NCBI GenBank assembly: GCA_030698625.1
Contig: JAUYMS010000044.1
Coordinates: 30,898-94,897 of the forward strand
From: Candidatus Omnitrophota bacterium
Lineage (GTDB): Bacteria; Omnitrophota; Omnitrophia; Omnitrophales; Aquincolibacteriaceae
DNA length: 64,000 bases
Direction: 5' to 3'
Made by a program: the position numbers and the translations under genes. Position 1 is the first letter of the stretch. Each line of letters opens with the position of its first letter. Under the pieces are notes generated by a model. That model was not told the origin of the DNA and ran no database searches. It saw only the letters and a list, made by a program, of their open reading frames with translations. This document shows positions 30,419 to 39,342 of this stretch, in pieces.

Positions 30419-31717
30419 ATGATTCCACACGAAAATACAGGATTTCAGCATTTAGGGCTGGCGCCGAAAATGCTCGGACTTATCGAGAGCATGAAATTCG
30501 TCAAGCCAACCCCCATTCAGCACAAGGCCATTCCCGTGGCCTTGGAAGGCAATGATATCGTAGGCGTGGCACAAACCGGTACCGGTAAGACCATGGCCTT
30601 CGGGATTCCGATGATACAGCGCTTGATGAGCACGCAGGGTAAGGGACTGGTGCTTGTGCCGACACGCGAGCTTGCGCTCCAGGTTGAAGAGGTGCTGCAT
30701 CCGGTCGCCAAGCAGTTTCAGCTGAAGACCGTGGTTTTGATCGGCGGGGCCTCGTCGTACACGCAGATTAAAGAGCTTCGTAAAAACCCTTCGATCATCA
30801 TCGCAACGCCCGGAAGACTCATCGACCACCTTGAACAGCGCAATGTACAACTAAAAGATGTGCGCATTCTGGTGCTTGATGAAGCCGACCGCATGTTGGA
30901 TATGGGCTTTCAGCCTCAGGTCGAGCGAATTTTGCGCTCGGTTCCCCAGGATCGCCAAACCATGCTTTTCTCAGCGACCATTCCGCCGGATATCGTGAGC
31001 CTGGCTTCGAGGCATATGAAACTCCCTATTCATGTCGAAATCGCACCTTCCGGCACTGCGGCGGCGTCGGTGACCCAGGAACTTTTCATCGTGGCCCACG
31101 ACAAAAAGAAAGACGTCATGGAGATGCTCTTAAACCAGTATTCGGGCGCGGTGCTTGTTTTCACCCGCACGAAGAACAAAGCGCGGAGCATTACGCGTAT
31201 GCTGAAGGATTTCGGCCATAAAGCGGCTGAGATTCATTCGAACCGCAGCATGGCGCAGCGCAAGCAGGCGATGAACGGTTTTAAATCCGGCCAATACCGG
31301 ATTCTCGTGGCCACCGATATTGCCTCTCGGGGTCTTGATGTGACCGGTATCGAACTGGTCATTAACTATGATTTGCCCGAGGATATCGAAAACTATGTGC
31401 ACCGTATCGGCCGCACAGGCCGTGCGGAAAAATCCGGGCACGCGGTCTCCCTGGCCACACCCGATCAAGGAAGTGACGTGGAGCGCATCGAGAAGCTCAT
31501 CCGCAAACCGTTGCCGCGCATGAAGCATCCGGATTTTGTCGGTCACGAATTCATCAAGGGCGCCCGCTCGCCGAGCAGAGGGGGGGGCCGTGGGTCGAAA
31601 CCTTACCGAGGCGGCGGCCAGCGCAGCGGTAATAGTCGAGGGGATAGCCGGGGATATGGTAAGGGAAATAGCCGGGGCAAAAGCAGTCGGGGGCAGCGTC
31701 AAAAACGGAGTTATTGA
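30419..31717 (+). CDS. rhlE: DEAD-box ATP-dependent RNA helicase with an RGG/GY-rich C-terminal tail
   Basis: Q-motif, AQTGTGKT, PTRELA, DEAD, SAT and HRIGRTGR motifs; Gly/Arg-rich C-terminus. Confidence 0.85.
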   Translation: MIPHENTGFQHLGLAPKMLGLIESMKFVKPTPIQHKAIPVALEGNDIVGVAQTGTGKTMAFGIPMIQRLMSTQGKGLVLVPTRELALQVEEVLHPVAKQFQLKTVVLIGGASSYTQIKELRKNPSIIIATPGRLIDHLEQRNVQLKDVRILVLDEADRMLDMGFQPQVERILRSVPQDRQTMLFSATIPPDIVSLASRHMKLPIHVEIAPSGTAAASVTQELFIVAHDKKKDVMEMLLNQYSGAVLVFTRTKNKARSITRMLKDFGHKAAEIHSNRSMAQRKQAMNGFKSGQYRILVATDIASRGLDVTGIELVINYDLPEDIENYVHRIGRTGRAEKSGHAVSLATPDQGSDVERIEKLIRKPLPRMKHPDFVGHEFIKGARSPSRGGGRGSKPYRGGGQRSGNSRGDSRGYGKGNSRGKSSRGQRQKRSY

Positions 31718-33374
31718 AACTCAGAATATCGAAGCAACTCTTCATTACCATGAGGCCACGAAGCATTATCCTCACCGCTATGCGCGGGCTTTGGGGTACA
31801 TGGATTGGGACACACAGCCGAATCCCTTCCGGTCCTACGAGGGAGCGGATGTAGTCCAACTGCCCCTTGCGGAAAATGATCCCGAAGCGGGGTATCGGGA
31901 GTTATATAAAAGGGCAGGGCACCCCGCCCGCAGCCTCACCCTCGAAAATCTTTCTCTTTTTCTCGAGCTTGCTCTCGGCATTTCGGCATGGAAGTCCATT
32001 CCCGGCGCGCGCTGGGCGCTTCGCATGAACCCCTCAAGCGGAAATCTTCATCCCACGGAAAGTTATGTTGTTCTCTGGGAATCGGCCGGTTGCAGCCCCG
32101 GCGTTTACCATTACAGCCCTTTTCTGCATGCTTTGGAATGCCGGGCGGGCCTGCCGGAAGCATCGGCCGCACTTTTGAAGGCGCATTTCAAGACGGGCGG
32201 CTTTCTTTTTGCCCTGACGAGCATTTTCTGGCGGGAGGCTTGGAAATACGGAGAGCGGGGATTCCGCTACAGCAATCATGATATGGGGCACGCGATCGCT
32301 TCGGCGAGTTTTGCCGCGAACCTGCTCGGTTGGAAGGTCTCGCACCTAAGTGAAGTTGCGGATGAAGCTATCGGGCGTCTGCTCGGGTTTGACAGGACGG
32401 CATGGATTGAACACGAAGAAGAGTACCCGGAGGTCCTTTGCTATGTGCGTCGTTGCAATGATGACGATGTTCCCAAAGGTTTGCCGGACAAGCTTATTGC
32501 CGGAGTTTCGGGTATTTCGTTTCAGGGCGTTCCGAATCGATTGAGCGGGGACCACGTGGATTGGGAGATCATACCCGCGACTGCCGAAGCCGTTCGGAAA
32601 TCGTCGACTGCGGCGGGAAGTGCCGGTTATTACGAAAAGCCTTTTATAGCTAAGACGGAATCAGAACTCACGGCCGCACAGATCATCCGCCGGCGCCGGA
32701 GCGCGGTGGCTTTCGATGCCGAGACAAGCGTTTGCGCCGACACTTTCTTCGGCATGCTGGCGAAGACATTGCCGCGCAGAGGGTGCGCTCCTTTTGATTT
32801 TGAATTGGGGCCTGCGCGCGTGCATCTCCTGCTCTTCGTCCATCGCGTAACGGGCCTCGCGCCCGGTCTTTATATGTTTGTCCGCGATGAAAGCGATTTC
32901 GGGATACTCAAAAGTTCTTCAAAGGCCGAATTTCTGTGGAAGAAAGCCTGCGAGGGACTGCCGCTTTACCTGCTCGAAGAAGGACTTCTGATGCGGGAGG
33001 CCGCGGCCCTAAGTTGTAATCAGAATATTGCCGGTGACGGCAGTTTCTCGCTCGGAATGATCGCGAAGTTTCGGCCCGTAATCGAGCAAGCGCCGTTTCT
33101 TTACCGGCATCTGTTCTGGGAAACCGGGATGATCGGGCAGGTGCTCTATCTCGAAGCCGAAGCGCACGGGGTCCGGGCCACGGGCATCGGATGTTTCTTT
33201 GATGATCCGGTCCACGCGATCATGGGACTCGAGGACAATACCTTTCAAAGCCTTTATCACTTTACGGTGGGAGGGCCCGTTGAGGATTCGCGTCTTCAAA
33301 CGTGGCCGGCGTATTTTCATTTAAAGGAAAAGATGATCGACCCGAACCGGGTTATCCGGTTTGACTCACCGTAA
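31656..33374 (+). CDS. SagB/ThcOx-type (nitroreductase superfamily) dehydrogenase, two-domain
   Basis: YHEATKHY N-terminal motif, the RMNPSSGNLHPTESY hallmark, and a second nitroreductase-like half. The start is uncertain: the ATG at 31656 overlaps the helicase 3' end by about 60 nt. The ORF-track start at 31536 is unlikely. Confidence 0.65.
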   Translation: MVREIAGAKAVGGSVKNGVIETQNIEATLHYHEATKHYPHRYARALGYMDWDTQPNPFRSYEGADVVQLPLAENDPEAGYRELYKRAGHPARSLTLENLSLFLELALGISAWKSIPGARWALRMNPSSGNLHPTESYVVLWESAGCSPGVYHYSPFLHALECRAGLPEASAALLKAHFKTGGFLFALTSIFWREAWKYGERGFRYSNHDMGHAIASASFAANLLGWKVSHLSEVADEAIGRLLGFDRTAWIEHEEEYPEVLCYVRRCNDDDVPKGLPDKLIAGVSGISFQGVPNRLSGDHVDWEIIPATAEAVRKSSTAAGSAGYYEKPFIAKTESELTAAQIIRRRRSAVAFDAETSVCADTFFGMLAKTLPRRGCAPFDFELGPARVHLLLFVHRVTGLAPGLYMFVRDESDFGILKSSSKAEFLWKKACEGLPLYLLEEGLLMREAAALSCNQNIAGDGSFSLGMIAKFRPVIEQAPFLYRHLFWETGMIGQVLYLEAEAHGVRATGIGCFFDDPVHAIMGLEDNTFQSLYHFTVGGPVEDSRLQTWPAYFHLKEKMIDPNRVIRFDSP

Positions 33375-33396
33375 AAACAGGGTGTAGAATACGACC

Positions 33397-33843
33397 ATGC
33401 CGCAACGAAGACTTAATTGCAAAATATTAGTGTTATGCTGTATTGATTTTCGGTTCGTGAATAACATCGTGAAGATTGTTAAAAAACGGTTCCGTGTCGC
33501 AAGGCTTAATCTTAAAACCGACGCAGGGGGTATTAAGGTCCTCTTGGATGGAGAGCCGCAGGTCCGGAATTGGATTGTGAAGAATATAAAATTGGCCTGT
33601 GACTTGCACCAAACCACCACGATTGTCCTTGTGAATCATTAGGATTGCGCAGCCTATGGCGGTGCGAAAGCGTTTGCGGATGGCAAGGTTGAAAGAGAAC
33701 ACCATATCAAAGAGCTCAAAAAAGCAGCCGCGTTCTTGAAGAAAAGGATCCCGGCAGAAAAAATTTATACGGCTTTTGCCTATCGCGCCCGGCGAAGGGT
33801 CAAAGTTGAGTTCGGCGCTCCCACCACCCTCCCCCGTAAGTGA
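33397..33843 (+). pseudogene. Beta-carbonic-anhydrase-like ORF interrupted by a single in-frame TAG at 33640..33642
   Basis: The frame is continuous from 33397 to the TGA at 33841 except for one amber codon. CIDFR (compare the beta-CA CxDSR motif) and VLVNH*DCAAYGG (compare the beta-CA HxxCG motif) flank the stop. Confidence 0.3.
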
Positions 33844-33868
33844 AGTAGCCGCAATCAGTTAAATCGAT

Positions 33869-33897
33869 GGAACTTTTCAAAAGAATCTCTTGTCTAA
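33869..33897 (+). promoter_or_regulatory. SigmaE-type (ECF) promoter GGAACTT-N16-GTCTAA upstream of the ECF sigma gene (autoregulation)
   Basis: GGAACTTTTCAAAAGAATCTCTTGTCTAA closely resembles the E. coli rpoE P2 promoter. It lies about 30 nt upstream of the sigma gene start. Confidence 0.65.
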
Positions 33898-33929
33898 GCC
33901 TATAGATGACCGGGATGAAGGAAGTCTAG

Positions 33930-34493
33930 ATGCAGGAAATAGCGACAGATACCCTAGAGCGCGCCGGGGACGGCGACTTGCAGGCTTTCAATGAGATCTA
34001 TCGGTCTTCGGCCGGGTTTGTGTATAGCATTGCGCTCAGAATGGCCCGGAATACCGCGGATGCCGAAGAGATTACCCAGGATGTGTTTGTTAAAGCGTAC
34101 AAGAACTTAAAGGCCTATGAAGGGCGCTCATCGTTTAAAACATGGATTTACAGAATCGCCATGAACACCGCCATCAACTTTTGTAAAAAAAGGTCCGCTG
34201 AATTCAAAAAAAGAGAGCTCCGTGAACGTGAGCCGAGCCCCGGAGTTGTCAGTAACGAGGCTGAAAAAAACCTCTTTAAAGAAGATGCAGAGAAAAAGCT
34301 AGGCGAGCTTCTTGGCTGCCTCAATGAAGATCAGCGCGCCTGCATTCTGCTGAGGGAAATTGAAGGGTTGGATTACCGTCAAATTGCGGACGTCTTGAAA
34401 ATCGAGCTCAACACGGTCCGCTCCCGCCTGAAAAGGGCGAGAGAAGCGATGATCGCCTATGCAAGACAGGGAGGGGTGAAAGATGAACTGTGA
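33930..34493 (+). CDS. ECF (RpoE-like) RNA polymerase sigma-70 family factor
   Basis: 187 aa with sigma-70 region 2 (FVYSIALRMARNTADAEEITQDVFVKAY) and region 4 (DYRQIADVLKIELNTVRSRLKRAR). Confidence 0.85.
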   Translation: MQEIATDTLERAGDGDLQAFNEIYRSSAGFVYSIALRMARNTADAEEITQDVFVKAYKNLKAYEGRSSFKTWIYRIAMNTAINFCKKRSAEFKKRELREREPSPGVVSNEAEKNLFKEDAEKKLGELLGCLNEDQRACILLREIEGLDYRQIADVLKIELNTVRSRLKRAREAMIAYARQGGVKDEL

Positions 34494-34944
34494 TCAATTC
34501 AAAGACTCGTTGCTGACGGATTATGTGGATCGTGTCCTCGACCCTGAAAAGCAAAAAATAGCGGATGCCCACATCGGGCAATGCGCGGAGTGCCGCCGGC
34601 TTATTGCGGACCTGCGCACTGTGACGGCTGAGACCTTTGGGCAGGTCCGGGAGATCGAACCTCCTGCCCATGTCTGGGCAGGCATTGTAGAGCGCGTGCA
34701 GCCCTCGCCCGGATGGTTTGAGAAAGTGTGTGCTGTGTTGACGCTGCCGAGGTTGAGTATTGCGATTCCGGTGCTGGCGAGTCTTATGCTTTTCACATTC
34801 GTCCAGCTGCGGCAGCCCGAGGTGTCCTATGACATAACCCGGGCTTATTTAAGCCGCGAACTCGGCGGGGATTTCGGCGTCCTATCCAACGAGGACCTGG
34901 AGAACGGCAGTTTCGGCACGGTCATCGAAGACTTCTTTATGTAA
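34483..34944 (+). CDS. Anti-sigma factor (zf-HC2, single TM)
   Basis: Overlaps the sigma gene by 11 nt. HxxxCxxC motif (HIGQCAECRRL) and one TM helix. Confidence 0.7.
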   Translation: MNCDQFKDSLLTDYVDRVLDPEKQKIADAHIGQCAECRRLIADLRTVTAETFGQVREIEPPAHVWAGIVERVQPSPGWFEKVCAVLTLPRLSIAIPVLASLMLFTFVQLRQPEVSYDITRAYLSRELGGDFGVLSNEDLENGSFGTVIEDFFM

Positions 34945-34947
34945 TGA

Positions 34948-34977
34948 GGAACTTTTTGCACGGATGCGCTTGTCTAA
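34948..34977 (+). promoter_or_regulatory. Second sigmaE-type promoter GGAACTT-N17-GTCTAA upstream of the Spy/CpxP-like gene
   Basis: GGAACTTTTTGCACGGATGCGCTTGTCTAA is read from the sequence. It is followed by RBS AGGAGG and the ATG at 35005. Confidence 0.65.
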
Positions 34978-35004
34978 GTGGTGAAATTAAATAGGAGGTG
35001 TCAT

Positions 35005-35517
35005 ATGGAAACAGCAATCATAAAGCCGATGGGAATTTCAATAATGGTGTTAGCGCTGCTGATCGGGACGGGCTCCAATGCCTTTGCCATATATTCTGAG
35101 GAAAGCGGGCGGGGTGATAGGGCTCCCGGACAGTGGCAAGAGAAGATGAAAGAAAAAAGGGATAAGATGTTCGCGGAAATCGGATTGAGTGAGGAGCAGT
35201 TGCAGCAAATTGAGGCGAAGCGCGAGACAAAGATGGCAGATACAAGAGCACTGTATGGGCAGATGAGAGAGAAAAGGGAGGCCCTGCGTCGTGTCTTGGA
35301 GGCGCCCGAAACAGACCGTGCACAAGTTGATGTTCTGGTGAATGAAATCTCCGCATTACAGGCACAAAAGGTCCGTGCCCGGGTTGACAACATCCTTGAG
35401 ATTAAGGCAACCCTAACGCCGGAACAATTCGCCCAATTAAAAGCCAAGAGGGGTGAGATGCGGAAAGAACGCAAAGGCCAGTGGCGCCAGCACAAGGACG
35501 AAGCGAGCGAAGGTTAG
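35005..35517 (+). CDS. Spy/CpxP-family periplasmic protein (LTxxQ motifs)
   Basis: Signal peptide and repeated LSEEQLQQI / LTPEQFAQL LTxxQ motifs. The ATG at 35005 has a perfect RBS. Confidence 0.7.
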   Translation: METAIIKPMGISIMVLALLIGTGSNAFAIYSEESGRGDRAPGQWQEKMKEKRDKMFAEIGLSEEQLQQIEAKRETKMADTRALYGQMREKREALRRVLEAPETDRAQVDVLVNEISALQAQKVRARVDNILEIKATLTPEQFAQLKAKRGEMRKERKGQWRQHKDEASEG

Positions 35518-35580
35518 GTTTGTTCCATCAATCGGGAGCAGGTCAGTAAACCAACAAATCGCCATGGTTTAAACCGGGCG

Positions 35581-37296
35581 TTAAACCATCGAGTTTCCCA
35601 CCGACCGGATTAGCTGACCGCTTAGGCCCCGCTTCAACATCTCGGGAATCATCCCGCGGTTTACTTCGTAGAACGTAGGCGGCTCATAGGTGAGCCCTTG
35701 GCGGAGGCGCCGGTCTTCCTTACGAAGCTTGGCTAAGATAACGCGGCCGACAATCGGAGTCGCAAGTCGGGCTTTCAGCCCGAATTCCTTTTTGATGTCA
35801 ATTAGAACTGTGTTGATTCGTGCAACGAGTTTCGGGTTCCTTTTGAACCACTTCCGGGCTGCCCAAAGTGCTCCCGCATACTTCACCGGCAGCTCGTGCC
35901 CCTCGTAGGCAAAACGGGCCTGAATTCTTTTATTCGGGTGGTTCTTGTAGCGCTTCCATCCCGCAAGCGTTGTGCGGGCAATGCGCAGGACACTCGGCCC
36001 GTTGACTTCGAAATCGCGGCTGAAGGCATCCACAATAAATTTGGATTCCTCTCCGTTTTTGATGTGAGGGTGCTTGTAATTAAATTTTAGCTGACCGTGA
36101 ATGTCGGCCTCGTCAAACTCGTCTTTTTCCCAATCCAGTATCGTTTTATCGGCCGTGTGTTCGGCATGCAGGGGTGTGCCCGGAATGGGGGTATAGAGCA
36201 TAAACTGATGGAAGTCGGTGTCGTGGGCCACGGCATATTCAATGACTTCCTTGATATTTTCGGGCGTATGGTTCTCAAGGCCGATAATGCTCGAGCCGAG
36301 AAGGCGGATGCCGTGCGCGTGGTAAAAACGCACCAGGTCGAACGTGTTAATCCCTGACAATTTTTTGTATTGGCTTTCCTTGCCTTCAAGTCCCATCCAT
36401 ACCCACGAGATACCCAGCCCCACCAATTGCTCGATCGTGTAGGACTGAAGCACCCTCGCCGAACTAAAAATGTATAGCGACCAGGATTTTCCGTGTTCCT
36501 CCATCAATTCGAGAACACGAAGGGCCCGTTTGCGATGCAGCAGAAAATTTTCGTCCATGACAAAGAAAGACCGGACTTCTAATTCTTTCTCAAGACCGCA
36601 CATGACATTGAAGAGTTCATCTCCGGTCTCATAGAAATTTACAAATTTGCCCTTTCCGCCGAACATGGCCGATGTGGCGCAAAAATTACACCCCATGGGA
36701 CAGCCTACGGAGGGGATCAGTGTCGCGGCTACTTCTCCTTTTTTTCTACGAACATTCAGCCCCATCGTGCGGGTCTCCAAGCCGGAAAGAATGAACGGGT
36801 GCCGTATCGGCTGAGAGGTATCTTCGCCCAAAAATTCGCGGAACCAGCGAACACCGTCTCCTCGGGCGATGTGATCGGCATCAATGCGCTCGTCAATAGC
36901 CGTCATGTTGGCAATGTGCCCGCCCACGACGATCGTGGCTTTGGGCTGGTATTTGCGGATCAGGCGGCACATCTCCTGCACCTTGCCGAGGTTCGGCATG
37001 ATGGAGCTGATCCCGATGATGTCATAGGGGACATTGCGGATTTCATCCTTGAAGCGATCCAAGGTGGGGAAATCCAGCAGGGTACAGGGCGGATTAATAT
37101 TGCATTGAATGAGCATCAGGCCCCAGGAGCGGTGAAACATCCGCAGGGAAAAGGGGCCCTGAGTGCGTGTGACCTGGTTGTGGTAGAGCTCCATCGGATT
37201 AATGGCCCGGCTGCCGTAGGCATCATCCTGCGCATAAGGTCCAAAAACGCTGCTCAGTAATATCCTGGATTGGGCTCCCGGCTTACTCATGATCAT
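35581..37296 (-). CDS. B12-binding domain-containing (class B) radical SAM enzyme
   Basis: 571 aa with an N-terminal cobalamin-binding Rossmann-like domain, the radical SAM CxxxCxxC motif (CPMGCNFCAT) and a long C-terminal extension. Confidence 0.8.
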   Translation of the reverse strand: MIMSKPGAQSRILLSSVFGPYAQDDAYGSRAINPMELYHNQVTRTQGPFSLRMFHRSWGLMLIQCNINPPCTLLDFPTLDRFKDEIRNVPYDIIGISSIMPNLGKVQEMCRLIRKYQPKATIVVGGHIANMTAIDERIDADHIARGDGVRWFREFLGEDTSQPIRHPFILSGLETRTMGLNVRRKKGEVAATLIPSVGCPMGCNFCATSAMFGGKGKFVNFYETGDELFNVMCGLEKELEVRSFFVMDENFLLHRKRALRVLELMEEHGKSWSLYIFSSARVLQSYTIEQLVGLGISWVWMGLEGKESQYKKLSGINTFDLVRFYHAHGIRLLGSSIIGLENHTPENIKEVIEYAVAHDTDFHQFMLYTPIPGTPLHAEHTADKTILDWEKDEFDEADIHGQLKFNYKHPHIKNGEESKFIVDAFSRDFEVNGPSVLRIARTTLAGWKRYKNHPNKRIQARFAYEGHELPVKYAGALWAARKWFKRNPKLVARINTVLIDIKKEFGLKARLATPIVGRVILAKLRKEDRRLRQGLTYEPPTFYEVNRGMIPEMLKRGLSGQLIRSVGNSMV

Positions 37297-37348
37297 GTAG
37301 TTATTCCCCCGTATTGTGCCTGGAGGGGCAGCCCCCGGCAGTTAAGTC

Positions 37349-37474
37349 GGATAAGCTTATCCTATTTAGGGTATGGCTGCAAGTCCCAAATTTACCCAGA
37401 TTGGCCGACGGCACAACACTTTTCCTATAAAGGAGTTGCATTAGGGCGGCCGATAAATTAGGATAAGCTTATCT
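37349..37474. promoter_or_regulatory. Two copies of the 14-bp palindrome GGATAAGCTTATCC (37349..37362 and 37461..37474) in the divergent promoter region between the two radical SAM genes
   Basis: Read directly from the sequence. The second copy is GGATAAGCTTATCt. The copies are about 112 bp apart. Confidence 0.55.
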
Positions 37475-37489
37475 TATTAAAACTCAGGG

Positions 37490-38473
37490 ATGGGTCTACA
37501 TACGATGGCAAACGCTGCTCAAGTCACATCAAAAATCACGGATCGAATTGACGCGATTACGAAGATCCCGGACGACATTTATAAAACAGTTCTTCCCGTA
37601 CCTCGGTCGGTCAAAATTGAATTAACGGCGCGATGCGATCTCGCCTGCTTTTTCTGTGCCTCAAAAATGAAGCTGCGTCCGAAGAAGGACATGGAGTGGG
37701 AGCTCTTTACACGGCTGCTCAAGGAGATGCGGCTCGCGGGGGTGGACGAGATCGGCCTCTTCTATCTAGGGGAATCGTTTCTATATCAACGCCTTGAAGA
37801 AGCCATACGGTATGCGAAAAAGGAATGTAAGTATCCGTATGTTTTTTTGACGACTAACGGCAGGACGGCCACAAAGAAGCGGGTCTATGAATGCGCTCGT
37901 GCGGGCTTAGACAGCCTCAAGTTCAGCTTTAACAATGCGGACCGGGCGCAGTTTAAAGATGTCACCGGCGTGGACTCCTACGATGAGGTCGTGAGGAATC
38001 TCCGGGATGCACGGGCCGCTGTAGAACAGGTCGCAATGGAAACGGGGCATCGCTGCGGGTTGTATGCGAGCAGTATTTTGTACGATGGGGAGCAAAAGGA
38101 TCGCATGGATGATTCGATCCGGCCGCTCTTGCCGTTGCTTGACGAACATTATTTTCTGCCTCTCTATAATCAAGCCGGATTCACTGCCGGTTCACGGGGC
38201 ACTAAGGCCGTTGCCGGAAACGTGGGGCGCGTCGGGGCTTTGCGGGCACCCTTGCCGTGTTGGGCCGTCTTCACCGCCGGCCATATTACCTACGACGGCT
38301 ATTTAAGCGCCTGCTGCTTTGATCATGACGGCCGTTTCAATATGGGAGATCTGAAGGAAATGCCTTTTACGGAGGCTTGGAACAGTCAGGCGTTTCAGGA
38401 ACTTCGCCGCAGCCATCTGAAAAAAGACGTCCGGGGCACGGCTTGCGAGGCATGCATCATCTATCAAGAGTAA
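37490..38473 (+). CDS. Radical SAM enzyme with a C-terminal SPASM/twitch-like Cys-rich domain
   Basis: CDLACFFC CxxxCxxC motif near the N-terminus; C-terminal CWAVF...CCFDHDG...CEAC cysteines. Confidence 0.75.
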   Translation: MGLHTMANAAQVTSKITDRIDAITKIPDDIYKTVLPVPRSVKIELTARCDLACFFCASKMKLRPKKDMEWELFTRLLKEMRLAGVDEIGLFYLGESFLYQRLEEAIRYAKKECKYPYVFLTTNGRTATKKRVYECARAGLDSLKFSFNNADRAQFKDVTGVDSYDEVVRNLRDARAAVEQVAMETGHRCGLYASSILYDGEQKDRMDDSIRPLLPLLDEHYFLPLYNQAGFTAGSRGTKAVAGNVGRVGALRAPLPCWAVFTAGHITYDGYLSACCFDHDGRFNMGDLKEMPFTEAWNSQAFQELRRSHLKKDVRGTACEACIIYQE

Positions 38474-38496
38474 GATGACCGCTTCTATATATAGAA

Positions 38497-39342
38497 ATGC
38501 CAAGCCGAACGGGATACCTTGAAAAACTGATACGTAATTATAAAAACCATGGATTGGGGTACTGCGCCCAAAAGATCCGGCGCTTCCTGGTCAAAGAGGT
38601 TCTTTTTAAGAACGAACGCGTAGAGCATTTCATCAGGCATGGCATTGTCCGCCATGTAAAAAAGATCCAAAATTCCTTCCTGAAGCCGCCTCTCTATTAT
38701 TTTAGGAATGCACCTATTCTCAGAAAGTTAATCGAAGGCAGGAAAGTCCTCATCATCGGTGCGGGGCAGTCGGCTGCGGAATTGGGCGCCATTCCCGGCG
38801 GAGTCGCGGTGTTTACATGCAATGCCGGCCTGGGGTTGCTTGCCGAGCGGGAATTTAAAGGGGTCGTGGATTTGTACTATTACCACAAGCGCAGAGACAA
38901 ATGGAAAACCAGGGGCATGGAGGCGTCGGTCGTGAAGGCTAGGATCAACGTGCTGGTGATGAATAATCTTCGCCATATCAAGGATGAGACACGGCTTCAA
39001 AATGCTTATAGCAAAGCCATTGCGGACTACAACCGCAATAACTTTTACCTCAAGAGGCTCATCAAGCCGTACCGGGCGAACGACCTTAAAGCAAATGACG
39101 TGACCTGGTCGTCGGCGGGGATGAGATTGCTTCAGTACGCACTTTACTTCAAAGCGGCCGAGATTTATTTAATCGGAATTGATATGACCGACGGCTACTA
39201 TTGGGGCGAAGAGAATGCGCGCATACAGACGCAATTTGACGAGAACCTCATGAAAGTCTTGTCCCGCAAGTTCCATAATATTTACACGCTATCAAAAGAT
39301 AGTGCTATGGCGAATTATGTTCCCTACAAACCCCTCGATTAA
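38497..39342 (+). CDS. DUF115 / Maf-like (MptE-like fold) protein of unknown function
   Basis: LIIGAGQSAAEL...VFTCNAGL...YLIGIDMTDGYYWG pattern resembles PF01973. The call rests on recall only. Confidence 0.4.
   Translation: MPSRTGYLEKLIRNYKNHGLGYCAQKIRRFLVKEVLFKNERVEHFIRHGIVRHVKKIQNSFLKPPLYYFRNAPILRKLIEGRKVLIIGAGQSAAELGAIPGGVAVFTCNAGLGLLAEREFKGVVDLYYYHKRRDKWKTRGMEASVVKARINVLVMNNLRHIKDETRLQNAYSKAIADYNRNNFYLKRLIKPYRANDLKANDVTWSSAGMRLLQYALYFKAAEIYLIGIDMTDGYYWGEENARIQTQFDENLMKVLSRKFHNIYTLSKDSAMANYVPYKPLD

Noticed and set aside
37270-37461. 63-aa ORF in the divergent intergenic region between the two radical SAM genes; considered as a possible RiPP precursor peptide for the SPASM enzyme
   Set aside because: It has no RBS and it spans the promoter and operator palindromes. 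Its composition does not resemble a leader/core precursor (no Cys, Ser or Thr-rich core). It is more likely non-coding regulatory DNA.
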